A DNA stretch of 64,000 bases from Catajapyx aquilonaris (taxonomy: Eukaryota): positions 124,001 through 188,000 of the forward strand of contig KZ538494.1 of assembly GCA_000934665.2 (NCBI GenBank), written 5' to 3'. A program made the position numbers and the translations under genes. Below are positions 43,496 to 55,420 of the stretch, one piece after another. The notes beneath the pieces are model-generated. The model was given only the letters and a program-made list of their open reading frames with translations. It was not told the DNA's origin and did not search any database. How positions within the stretch are numbered: position 1 is the stretch's first letter; each line of letters opens with the position of its first letter.

Positions 43496-46400
43496 GGGGG
43501 GGGGGGGCAGAAGAAGCAAAAGTTGGGGGGTCCAGATGGTCCAATCGATACGCCCTTATGGATCCTTTCATGGCCTTCCAGACACCCATTCACTACAAGC
43601 ATCCAGCCAGGGGGACGTGGGAGGACAGGGGGTAGTAGCATAACCGTCCAACAACTTGGTCTACGACCAGCCACAACTAAATATTGCCACTCATGTGGGA
43701 ACGAGTCTTAACATTGTCTTAATAAAATGGGGGTCCATAACGCCATAACTGGAACGCAACTTCGGCTCGTCTCGATTAAATGAGACCGCCAAATGTCAGG
43801 GGCATGGTCAGGGGGCCATCTGCACTGGCCAATGGTTAATGTCGCTAAACGTTCCAAGCCTGCCAGCAAGGTGTGGTGTCCCAAAACTGTTTTCATTAAA
43901 ACAACAAATGATGCACATAGCCAGTGGGAACTCTAATTGACGGGTGAACTTGTTTCTATTTCACTTTTTTTTTTTTGTTTAACTACGATATACGAGCTGT
44001 CATGTTCGAACGCTATGCTCTCCTGCCCTGAATTCGTATGACTAATTGCAACTAAAAGAGCAACATATTCCCTCTTGATATAATCCATTACTTCCAAAGG
44101 TAATCAAGGTTAGTACTCTTCAAGCATAAATACATACCGGTGCACAAAATTATTACAAGCTGTTTTGTATCCTGATAAGAAGGGAGTTCATTATTCACCA
44201 TCACGTTACATGCAACAGGGAGTGCAGCAAAATTCATTCACTCCCAGCAGTTACGCTGCAGCTGTAAAACTTTTTTCCGTGTTGTTTTAATTGGGTTGCA
44301 GTTCTCATTAACATTCACAAACAGGCTTATCAGCGAGAGAAACATCGCTCTTCACTGGAACGTTCACGCTCGGGAAGAAAGTCCATAAAGGAGTCCTTGT
44401 CTAGAGTGCATATGCTGATACGACAACACAATGCGGCATCCTTTTGGGCAAACGGTCATAATAATACAGCAATAAAAATCATTAGCAAAAAACAACAAAA
44501 AGCCCGGAAGTTTTCTCCTCAAAACACTGCACTGTAATAAAACTACATCAAAATCCGATAAAAGCGTGGCATAGCATGAGCAGTATCGCTCCCCTCCTCT
44601 TCCTGGCCCCAGTCCCCAATAAAAACTGTAATTTTCAATCACTGACAGTAACAACAAAAAAATCCGATATAAATATTTTTCACGTCTATTTACAGGCTCC
44701 TGAAAATGCCATATCGATTCAACCCAGCATCCACCTCATCAACAACGCAAGACTTTGTCCATTACGTCCTCTTGAAAGAGCCATGAGAGGCAAACTACCA
44801 TGCAATGCACTCTGGTGGAAGTCCGGAGAATGGTGGGTGTGCCCTTAACCCTACTGGTAAGTTTACCCGGAATCGACGGTGCAGTAAACACGCGAGTTCA
44901 CACCAGTCTGCGGATGGGCTACCATATACTGTGCAGGAATCCGCACAGCTGGAAGTCGTATAGGGCGGGAACTAGGGTACCAGCTGGGCGAGTCATGGAT
45001 CCAGGAAGAGGTCTCGATAGCCACCCGCAGTCCCAAACTACGCTTATCCCCACAGAAAAGCGTCCACTCAGTCGTGGACATTGCTCCTTCCTTCTGGAAG
45101 GCGCTTATGGGGGCGCCACTATGGAAGCCCTTCTCCAGGAAGACCCACTTGTATTGGTAATAAACAGAGTTAGCTGGAAATGCCGCGTTTCCTTTCTCTG
45201 GAAATACACCATGACACAAGGATTCTGGTAATACCATTCCGATCCAAGTGTTTCCGAAGTGACACGACGTTTGCGCAGTCAAGACCGGTTAGAATTTCGT
45301 AACTGCTGGTACCAGTATACGGTACATTTCCAAGTCCCCAACACTAAAAGGGATGGATTATTCATTCCAGAAACTATACTATACAGGGAACCAACAATTC
45401 TTTCATGTCTGTGGCGTACAAAAAAAACACTGCAATATTTTTCTGTCCAATAGATGGCTAAATGAATTTACTCCTGTCAAATATAACTTCATTATGCGGG
45501 CGATGAAACAGCACCTTTTAAATTACAGAGGCAGCAGTTTCCCGCCCCCAACTCCCTCCTTATCGTTTTTAATCCTATACTTTGTCTCTAGGGTATGACT
45601 TGCATGAATGGATCTCTGTGCAAGTGGCCCTCTCCTCATATTAACGTTCCTAATCCTTTGATGGGGGTTTAGGATTTTCCAAAGCACCGCACAAGTTCCA
45701 CGCCAAAAACTTTTTGGCAAGAAGCTCGCCAAGTAGCAAGCCGCCACTCTCATTTACATTTGATTAGACTCATTAATTAAATGCCCCCCCCCCCCGAAAT
45801 CCCTCTTCAATTTTAATTCGCCGTAAAGAACCCGGTCATATATGACCTGTCATTTTATCCCCCCCCCCCCTCCCCACTTCCTTTCCTATTGTTCCCAAAC
45901 GTCACAACTCCACAAGAGTATCTCGGTCGGCCATGGAGCCCTGTATAAGCAGGCTGAAGAGAGAAAATAAAAATTCAGCAGCTCCCTTTGTTGTTTCGAG
46001 TAAGGAGGGGGCCCTCTTCCAAAGGGAGAAATATATAAAGCGCGACAGCACAATCAATTTTCCTTTTTCCAAGACTTACAATCCAATATTTACAGCGTGA
46101 CTTCCTCCGCAGGGAGGGGGCTATAGGAGGGGGAAGGGGGAAAAAAATCCATTGCTTTATATATCTATATTGACTATAACGCCTTCTCTATGCAGTGGAG
46201 GCTCGTCCTTTCTAATATTCCGCTTCTAAAAGAATATTTATTGCCCGGATTCCGATCGGTCATTGGAGAAAGGTTAGGATTGAGTAGAGTTGCAGATGGA
46301 GTCAGGCGGAAGGAGAAACAGATATGGCAATCGTTGGGCTCCCTTACGGTGGACACAGGCTTGCACGAACCCCCAATCCGGAATCACGCCGCCAACTTCA

Positions 46401-49400
46401 CTCCGCTCTTTTGGGACGTGTTTGTACCACCTTGGCGACAAACATCATGAGATGACTTAATCTGATTACATGCCCGTCTGGAAGCGGCCACTTCCAAATA
46501 GAACCTCAAACTTCGGACAGTTTTCAATCACACTAAACCCAGCTAAAACCAATATCCAAGTTTATCTTGACTCTCAAACGGCCCTGAACTTCCAGGTCAA
46601 AACCCGAACCAAACACCCAGTTAGGTGGCGACTAAACCTATAAAAACTTATTAAAATAACACCCGATGACGTAGGATAGACCGAGTTTATTGGCATAAAA
46701 TTATGCGTGCAATAATTATCCCGTCCAACTTGCTACCTAATCAACGAGTAGGCAGTAAAATAACACCTGCTATTTAACAAATACGCAAACTACAATATCG
46801 TATAATCGAATAACCTCCCCTGAATTATTATTTTCTATTATTACTACCAACTATTCTCTGTTCTCGCTTTCCTCCCCAAGAAAATAGAGAAAATGGTCAA
46901 GAGGAGACACCACCCTTTACCAACCTGCCTTTGCTCTCACCCCAGCACCCATTCCACATCCCCAGCACCACGAATCCAAGAGCAGGGGCCCGAACCGGCA
47001 TAAAATCCAGAATTCCCAGAGTCGAACAAAGTTTCCGGGCTGCATAATGCTCGAGTAATGAAGTGCGCTACTCAATCTAAATGCAATCTGTTTTGCAATT
47101 TCAGCAAAGTCAACTTTGTGTGAATCAAGTAGGAAGGAGGGAGGGGTTAGGATGGAAGATTTGGCTGCTGGGGACCTTCAACTCTTCTAGCAAGACACAA
47201 AAAAACTCAAATTCTGGAAGGGGCCAAAGTTTTTTTTGTACATAAAAAAAAATCTCTAGAGATGCCCCCGCAGCCCCCGAAAACAATGTCCCATTTGATT
47301 TCCTTAATGACAATAGACAATCAATGTTTCATAGCGGCTGACACGAAGCACATAGCTTCTCGCCTGCAGCAACGGCACAATGTATCCCTTGACGGCACGG
47401 GTAGATTTCTGCCGTAATCTCCTCCCTAAGTTGGGCCAAAACTTGCGGAAAATCCGGCATGCGATGTCAGGAAGTGTTGAGAGGGCGCGTGAGGCGGATT
47501 TCATGCTAGCCAATCGTGTTCCCGGAATTTAACCTACCAACCTATTCACCCTCCCAACTATACCCCCACCAGCTCTTGCCAGCTCTTTCGGGGTTCTTCC
47601 TGAATTACCTTTCCTGCAGAACAGCACCGAGTCGACTCAGTCGCAGAGGCATAAAATGGGTGTGGTCCATGTAACCCTCTCACGGTTATTACGTATCCAT
47701 AAAGCTGTTAATAATTTCTGCTGGGCTTTGGAGCGACTGTCAATAACTGTCTCGACGCTGCCATGGTCCTTTCAAGACTTCTTTTCGCCGCTTTTATGAC
47801 TTCTGCGTAATGGCGACCGGTAATGAGTACCGTCGATATATATATTAAAACAGTTTTAATGGCCTCCTTTCCCTGGCTCATCAGAGAGCGTTAATCAATT
47901 TGACCGATCTATTCACGTAATGCGTACAATGTTGTATCTTTGTATGCAAAGTACACCTCTCTCGAGGGTCACATTGTGCCACTTCAAGCATGAGGGAATC
48001 AACTAGTAACTTAAGATGAGCTTTTCACTTTACATATGGTATTGCCAGAGTACTGATGCTTCACCTTGCACACGAATAGGTTATCTCGCCCGGTCATGCT
48101 ATTCGGTACTGTAACTCGAGAATTACAGCAGCTAACAACCTTTCGAGTGTATACAGACCTACGCTTGTAGCCACAAGATTAACAGAGTGGAGATGGCTTT
48201 TAAAAGATTTAATTTTTTGTTCAAAATCTCCAATCTGTGGAAAACAACACATTACTAGCTAATTCATGCGATTCGGCAATCAATTGGTAATTATTTTTAG
48301 TTCAATTTGTTCCCAATGCATTCGTAACATTATATGAGTGTAGGTGTGTTTACACTACAGGAGCAGACAGAGTCACGATGAGGTGTAGGAGTTAATCTAC
48401 CCATGTCAATGCCTGCAGCAACAAATTACGTGAGACCAATATGCGTCTTTTAGAGAATTGAATCTCTACCATGTCGCCTGCATCTAACAGAAGACAGGGA
48501 TCCCCTTATTTCCCTAAAGCACTAGGCTCTCAGACATTTCACCTTCCGCTACGCTAATGCCAAGTGAAACCCAGTGAGTAAGTAGACACATCCACGTCAA
48601 CTTACGGACAGCAAAATGCCTCTTGTCTGCTGAAATTAGTACTGTAACCAAATCCTATGACATTCTCCACGAGGCTATGCCTACGAGATGTGACTATGAA
48701 TAGTAGTCCGTGTCGCGATCAAGTGGAATGTGACGAGTATTTATACAGGGCAACTCCAAGTATATACATTGCATCAAAAAAGTTCCTCCTGCAGTATGCA
48801 ACCTTGTCCTCTCTGGAAGTTAGGAATTTGTTCCAGTTCGGCTATTTTTCCCCTCTTTTTTTTAGCAGTGAGTGGAACAACACCCGCCGTACTTCGTTTG
48901 TTTTAATGATTGCACGTCGGGACTGGAACTTTCTGCTTGGAAAACGATGCGCAGTGGAACGACCACCAGGATCTCCCGTCGTGAGACTGAAATGAGTCCA
49001 CTTGTCACTAGTGACTGGCGCCTCTAATAAATTGGTCCAAAACTTCCGCCACTCGCAAGATAAAAATGTGACTTCACAACGTATTAAATGGAGGAAAATA
49101 TAGCCTCGAGGAAGTCGAGTCGTAGCGTGTATGCATGGTGGCATGTCCAGTAAGCTACCGTTTCAATTGTTGAACAAACCAGAAAAAAAATGAAACAACG
49201 ACGGAAAGTGTATGCTTACATGACAGATAATAGCGGAATACAATAACTTTCGATACTGGTCACACGCACATCCAGTTTGGTGCCGTGATGAAATGCCCTA
49301 TGTCACATGTATAGGTCAGAGGCATACAATCTCACTAGGCATATATGCTTCTACAGCACGACATTGCACATAACACAGAAACTGAAAGTTGGTAGACTAC

Positions 49401-49979
49401 CTGTCATATTTATTGTGCCACGTTTATTGGTCCCCTTGGTGTAGACTTTCGCTTTTCATGCAAACACCAACCTAACTCGGAGCTCCAGGCCTACATAGAG
49501 TTTACCCTGTAAGCTTACTGCCTTCATCCGATCAATGTGCAAGCTTCAACCAGTCCACACCAGCAGGCAGGAGCAACTGCATGGGACATACCATCAAAAA
49601 ACTTCACTCGCGTGCAACGAGGTGGCAGCTCACTCCGATGCCTTTTATTCCGCACAAGTAGAGCAGCCGAAATAATTACTAATACAGCATCAATCAATAA
49701 AGCTACAAAGCTTTTCCGGTGCTTCATCTGCGCAACAAAAGGTTACGCAAATGCCGCCCAGGTAGAATATATCGAGTCGGCTCAACCCAGGCCCAACCCT
49801 TAAGAAACAAACTGCATCAGGTTTAGTCCCTTTTCTTTCAAGAAACTCCCGTCATTATTCCAGTGCCAAAAGAAAGTAACTTAGTTATATATAGTTTAGT
49901 TCTATTATTTACTTATTTATTTATGGTTAACAATAACAGCTTCGAGCAAATTTCCTGTAACTAAAGCGACCCGCCTACT

Positions 49980-49995
49980 TGGAACACCTTGTATA
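49980..49995. mobile_element. Possible solo Tc1/mariner terminal inverted repeat
   Basis: TGGAACACCTTGTATA; its reverse complement TATACAAGGTGTTCCA resembles TA-CAGGGTGTTCCA ends. No partner found. Confidence 0.25.
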
Positions 49996-50641
49996 ACTTA
50001 ACTGCGACACTATCGTTGCTTGAAAATTAAAATTAGCAGCTCCCCGGTTGGTCTCTCACCTTGTCATTAATATGTAAGGGGCATCAATATATATGCATTT
50101 TATAATATCAGTTTCCCAATCCGTCAAATCTGTAACAATAACTGTCATTTTCCGCACCTGTTTCAGTTGTCGTTGCGCTTGGAAAATACTTTTAATTTTA
50201 ATCAGCATTATGTCCATGAATTGGACCTAAAATTGTCTACAACACACTGTTTTATTTTCGTACCTGTTTGGATCAACATAACATCACTCATTTAACCATA
50301 GAAACACCGGATAAAGTTATAACTCCCGTCCTACAGAAAAATTACCCTCTCATTACAATAACCGTATTGTCGAACTGCTTTAAAGTCTAATGTATTAAGT
50401 CAACTGCAAGTTACGTACGAAGCAGGCAAATGACTTTTTCCCCTTCAAATTAGTGTATTAAATTGGGGAACAAGACGTATTTCCAATTTCAATGTTGATA
50501 ACACTACACACCGAATGTATTTCAAGCATTATAAATCTGCAAAATCAAGAGCCGACTCAAAACTGACCCGCATTTACCGGACATTCAAGGTTTCAAATAA
50601 TTCTGACTCTTCATACGATCTAAAAAACCAGAGGATAAATA

Positions 50642-51402
50642 CCAGGGGGGTCCCAAAAAAAATGAATACACACTTTCATACATGTTATGTATGGACTATT
50701 TTTCGAAGTTGAATCTAATTACAGTAGCAATGTGTAGTTTGATGATCTCTCCAAGGATCTCTCAAAAAATGTCACCCACATGAACATCACATTACGTGAC
50801 TGGCAGGATAGTCGAACAAAATGGCAGAGACACGGTTGTGGTTCGAGGAGTGCAAGTGATATTTCAAATTTGTATTAGTAATTGTGGTGGTTTCAACACA
50901 TGGTACAGTGTTAGACATTAATGGTGTTTTACTGGTGGCGCCATAAGCCGTTGGCAGCAAAAGAGCGAATACAAGCGATGAATTAGCAACCAGTACATCG
51001 CATCGCTTCGATTCAATCTTTTGCCACCAGCGCAGCGGCTCTTGTGTCACCAGTACGACCACATTATAATGTCCAGCGCTCTACATGAGGATGAGTTTGT
51101 GGAGAAAACGGTTTGGTCTAATGAGGCACAACTGAAGTTTATAACTTGGAACAAAGCAATTGTGTGTATTGGGCTCCAGAAAATACGCACATTCATGTGG
51201 TCAATGCAGTCAATTTGCAGTTTCCTGTAATCAGATGTTTCTGGATGCTTATGGTAACCACTTTAAGCACCTGCTGTGAGTAACTCAGTAAGTCAAAGGT
51301 GACTTACGTTCATCCCTTGATGCCTGCATTAATTTAGTATTACATCTTTTATACAGGTTTTTCTTTTGTTGAAGTGAGTATACATTTTTTGGGTCCACTA
51401 TT
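50642..51402 (+). mobile_element. Degenerate, internally deleted Tc1/mariner-superfamily DNA transposon (rosa/maT-like)
   Basis: Imperfect ~30-bp TIRs. Left: TA-CCAGGGGGGTCCCAAAAAAAATGAATACACACTTTCA (50640-50678). Right: TGAAGTGAGTATACATTTTTTGGGTCCACTA (51370-51400). Internal transposase-like peptides are present (next feature). Ends are approximate. Confidence 0.75.
51085..51217 (+). pseudogene. Frameshifted DDD/E transposase fragment around the first catalytic Asp
   Basis: EDEFVEKTVWSNEAQLKF followed, in another frame, by NCVYWAPENTHIHVVNAVNL (51158-51217). This resembles the insect Tc1/mariner motif WSDEAxFxLNGxVNxHNCxYWxxENPH. The catalytic D reads as N (AAT at 51120-51122). Confidence 0.72.
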
Positions 51403-51548
51403 TCAGACTAATATTAACACCGTAAAATTAAACATGCGTTGGATACAGCCGAGTCCAATTTTAATAACCGCGTTATGTCTCTTAAACAGCTGCATTAACA
51501 CCTCTGCAATTCATAGATTCACTTAATACATGTGCCTAACACGTGGAC

Positions 51549-51764
51549 AGCATATTGGTGTAGCGGTTAACACCATAGCCTTCCACCCTAAGGTACTGAG
51601 TTCGATCCCTGATCTGGGCTGATCATTTTCTCATTTGGAAAGATTTCGGATGTGTCCCCTTATTGTCGGTGTTGTAGGATTGCTAAATCCGCTGTTTTAA
51701 CGCCGAGTTTAAGTCAGTCTGAACTCGGCACTAACATTGTAAGTTCCTAAGTTCCTAAGTTTCC
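51549..51764 (+). mobile_element. tRNA-derived SINE (head resembles tRNA-Gly TCC)
   Basis: Pol III A-box-like TGGTGTAGCGG (51556-51566) and B-box-like GAGTTCGATCC (51598-51608) at tRNA spacing, with GCCTTCCA in the anticodon position. There is no intact acceptor stem. The body is followed by a 3' hairpin GCCGAGTT/AACTCGGC (51702-51729) and a short tandem tail TAAGTTCC x2 + TAAGTTTCC (51740-51764). Confidence 0.7.
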
Positions 51765-52346
51765 AAACACTTGAAGCGCCCCAAGCAATAGTGTAGTACA
51801 AGGATTCTCCATTGATCCGGCAAGGGATGAACCCGGCTTCCCGGCAACATCACTGACACATATCGAGCAAGGTCCCCTAGCAGTTGGGAAGGACGCCGCG
51901 TCTGGCAGCACCCGCTCCCTACATGGCCTTCCGCCTCCGAGCGTGGAATAGCAGCCGGCAGATGGCGGGCCCCTCGCCAATGTTTACCAGCCGAGGTTGT
52001 TTACCCACATTGATTATTTCCTTGTATCAGTTGGCTCTCGGTGCATGCAATTAATATTTATTTGCAGCTCTGTGAATCAAGTACGTGACCGGAATCGAGT
52101 TGCGCATTCCGATGATGCTGTTAATTTTAATCGCGGTGCAACAGGCTTCGCGATGGATGTCACATTCCGCTGACATTATCTATAAATTCTATTCCCTGTT
52201 TCTCCCCTTTCACGCATTATCGAATGTGGTGCAGGTAATTACCACGGTAATAATGCATGCTCTTGCGCTGGAGAGGAATCACAGAAAAAAGTGCATGTCT
52301 GATGGCATGTCAAAACTATGCCCCGGGGAATCAATCTTGTCAGATT

Positions 52347-52367
52347 AAAAAAAAAAAAAAAAAAAAA
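52347..52367. repeat. Poly-A tract (A21)
   Basis: Read directly; it lies at the left edge of the CpG-depleted domain. Confidence 0.95.
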
Positions 52368-52380
52368 CGACTATTTTTCC

Positions 52381-54720
52381 CATCCTGATGTGAACACACA
52401 AGTTTTTACGCAGCTGTACTTCTACTCTTTACATGGTTGACAGCGTGGGTTCAATTTCAGGTGTACTCATTATTTCCTACCTCCGTGGATATTTTAACAG
52501 CTTCAGCTGTTGCACCTCCTGCAGAATAAATCATACAAAGTAGAATTTTCCCTCTGCTGAAAGGCAGTCAATGAAATATAAAATGTAATAATTCTGCTGG
52601 TGTCCATCATTTTTGTATATCTTTTCCTGCACTGCACGAATATGAACCGACACATTTACCTGTTGCCAGACACAATATTACTTTTGTAATTGGCATGCTC
52701 CAGTAATTCTCATGCACTATTATTCCTCCATGAGTGTGACATGATCCACCAGTGTGCTATGAGAGTATGCATGTGGTCATATTTGATATAAGGTCATACA
52801 GCACACTATTTGTTCATAGTTTGTTTGCTGTTGTGCACTTGCGTGTTACAATGTTTTCATTGGGTAAGCGCTACTATGTATTTTTTTAAAAACAGTATTG
52901 CACACAATTACCCTGCCCACACTTTAAAATTTGATTTGTTTTATAGAGCCTTTACATTATGTAAATACTGCTTAATTATTGGCCATGTGCCCTTTGAATG
53001 CAGTATCTCTCACAACAGCAAAAATATCAGTGATTCACTGATACTAGGGTACAAGTCACCAGGATGTGTGCTTGTATACACAATGTCATGATAAAAGTAT
53101 TTGCTTCAAGAACTGCATTATCAATAAACTTTATTTTGCAATTTCTTACGGGGAGGCCCCACTAACGACTGTTTGATGGTGATCATGTCCTTACAAACCA
53201 CAATCACTCTTACAACATAAATTGCATCCACTGCAACAATTAACACATTACTAATATCCCAGCATCATTAAATTTATAGCAACTGAACCTTCGTGATTAT
53301 CCCAATAAGTATAGATTTATGAGTCTATTTAACCCTGGAACCGTGACATGCCTGAAAGTTACGGCAACCGTGACGTGAGGTCTTTTAGGACCCCATCCAT
53401 ATTTTAATTTTTATTAATTTTTACATAATACTTTTCAATGTATTGACTGTATACAATCATTCTTTGAACAATGCCTAAAATTATCGCTAATTCAAAATAA
53501 ACATGCACTTCCTGTTATGTACTTCTAAAAAATTACAAACGTTCATTATAATTATCATTTTAATGCATTTTAATTCCTTTGGGGTCCTAAAAGACCCCAC
53601 GTCACAGTTCCAGGGTTAAAAATTCACTGTTAGCTCATACATGGAGTGTAACTTCATTGATTGTTAGGTGGCTGAATCATAGCTATAGGTGTGAGCTATG
53701 TCACTCTCACTAATTACACACACAGTTTCACAATGCCTCACACACTTCATATTTCCATTTCAGGTACAAATAGCCTAATGGTGTACATATCAAGGTCATC
53801 ATCAAGAAATCATCTGTAAAGTATGTAATGCATTCAGAAGAAAATTTTAGCAATTGCATTGTGGATAATTTATATGTGACTAAATTTTGCAGCAAAGCAA
53901 TGGGAGACTATAAGGAAAAAGGACTTGGACTGTGGTACAAATTAGTATCTGTTGCTATGAATAAACTGCAAATCTGTGTACAACACTTGCAGATAACTCA
54001 CTTCTCATGCATATGTCAGGCAAGCTTGAATCACACTTACCACAAAGAAGCCACAATAAAACCCTTCAATATTGTCATACATAAGGGTAATTTTTAATAA
54101 TTTTTCAGCAATGTATTTGCTATGAAGGTCAAATCTATGAAACATTGTTTGTGGAAGTCCTTGCGTTCATCTTTAAACATGATGCCACATAAAGCAAAGC
54201 TGCACTGTTCCATTCAAGTAAAAGTATCACGCTGTTAATCGATGTAGAGCTGCAAGTGAAGTTCACTCTTTAACCTTTTTAAATGTCATCATAGTACCTT
54301 TGCACTATCAGTTTGTCACGGGCAGGTAACTATCAAAAAGAAGAGGCTGTACATTATGCTGTGGTATGAATACAAAAAAGGACATTGGTCTTGAAAAGTG
54401 TATATGAAAGTAATCTTATTACAGCAACACATACTTTGTCAATGTCATAGTTAATTCTACCATTAATTTTTGATGTAATACACACAAAGTAATGGCGTGC
54501 AACTCCAATATATCTGCAATTACACATTGCTACTCACAACACATTTTAAGAGCTTTTCTCAGCTTGCTTTTATACATCTGACCCTTATAGCAGTTGAAAA
54601 TGTAACATCAGCATCATGCCATTGCCATACACTCACCGAACAAGGTCTTGTGTGGTTTGTTCAGCTTGGAATAAGTCTAAAGTCGCAATGGACTGTCAAC
54701 AAGGGTGAATAACAATTACG
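52381..54720. other. CpG-depleted, TpG/CpA-rich domain (signature of historical germline methylation)
   Basis: Manual count gives about 25 CpG in 2.3 kb, about 7 of them in the MITE. I saw none between ~53620 and ~54160. Most of the window has several CpG per 100 bp. Confidence 0.65.
53333..53615. mobile_element. piggyBac-type non-autonomous element (MITE), 283 bp, TTAA target duplication
   Basis: TTAA at 53329-53332 and 53616-53619 flank CCC...GGG termini. Left end is CCCTGGAACCGTGAC, then a spacer, then AACCGTGACGTGAGGTCTTTTAGGACCCCA (53366-53395). The reverse complement of the right end is CCCTGGAACTGTGACGTGGGGTCTTTTAGGACCCCA. The core is AT-rich and non-coding. Confidence 0.88.
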
Positions 54721-55199
54721 GCTTCTGATGCCAGCCGTACTTTAAATCCGAACACATTACACCTCCACTTCTTCAACTGTATCTGCCCAGGCCAAGCAAG
54801 TGACAATGCGCACTGATCCCTTCCCTCCAAAAATCCCAGGCTGTGTTCCCCAGCCTGTTCCCTGACCCAAACTGACCTGTCCCGCGTCCCCCAAGGAAGT
54901 CTCCTTCTGTCTTGACAGGCCAAGTGGAGGCAGGGGTAGGCCTAGGGCTGGAGAATGTGCGGCTGGATCCGCCTCCGGGGCAACTGTCAACCCTCCCCCG
55001 GGCAGCCCCGTTCCAGGCCCTGCATCGCCCGCTCCCTGACCCCCAACCCGCACGATTCGGAGGCCAAAAAGAACCGGGCAAGGAAAGGCCACAACTCGTG
55101 TGCTGTTACCTACCACCGACCAGTGTAAATGTGTACTTGAAAAAAAAAGAAAAAAAGGAATTGGAACGAGGAATTACTAGTTCTCTTGTCTAGTCTCTA

Positions 55200-55420
55200 G
55201 TGTTGAGGGCGACGGTGGCGACTCGAGGCGGCAAGGGATGGAAGCTTTATAGATGGTGGTTGGTGTGGCGGGGGGCCAAAATCATGTTCCCGCCGCTACG
55301 GGGCGGGCTAGCTCAAATTTTTGGCGCCGCTATGGACTACTATACTGACTATCGGGAGTACAGTATTATTCAGTATGATTGACTCAGATTACTGTATATA
55401 TCGATGGCTTTTTGAACTTG
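55200..55420. promoter_or_regulatory. Candidate CpG-rich housekeeping/cell-cycle-type promoter
   Basis: E2F-like TTTGGCGC (55320-55327) and TTCCCGCC (55287-55294), GC box GGGGCGGG (55300-55307), a 7/8 DRE match TATCGATG (55399-55406) and CHR-like TTTGAA (55411-55416). It adjoins a GC-rich block at 54780-55130 and the CpG-depleted domain. Confidence 0.45.

Noticed and set aside
43047..43674. Long ORFs in the track around the gap (up to 198 aa)
   Set aside because: They only read through the N gap.
11421..43701. Scattered Su(H) YGTGRGAA and Exd/Hox TGATTRAT sites
   Set aside because: Numbers are about what chance predicts, and no paired or clustered arrangement was seen.
44800..45282. Overlapping 143/139-aa ORFs on both strands (also 28800-29196, 22583-23056, 63020-63481)
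   Set aside because: No recognisable homology or coding-like composition; lengths are compatible with chance.
53758..54292. C-box-like ATGATGA on the minus strand (snoRNA-host idea)
   Set aside because: No D box at a suitable distance and no terminal stems.
54757..55193. Gly/Pro-rich ORFs in the GC-rich block; AKWR after an acceptor-like CAG
   Set aside because: No ATG-initiated long frame and no recognisable domain. The AKWR frame stops two codons later, so it is not a homeobox exon. I also saw no RNase P/MRP, SRP or 7SK motifs.
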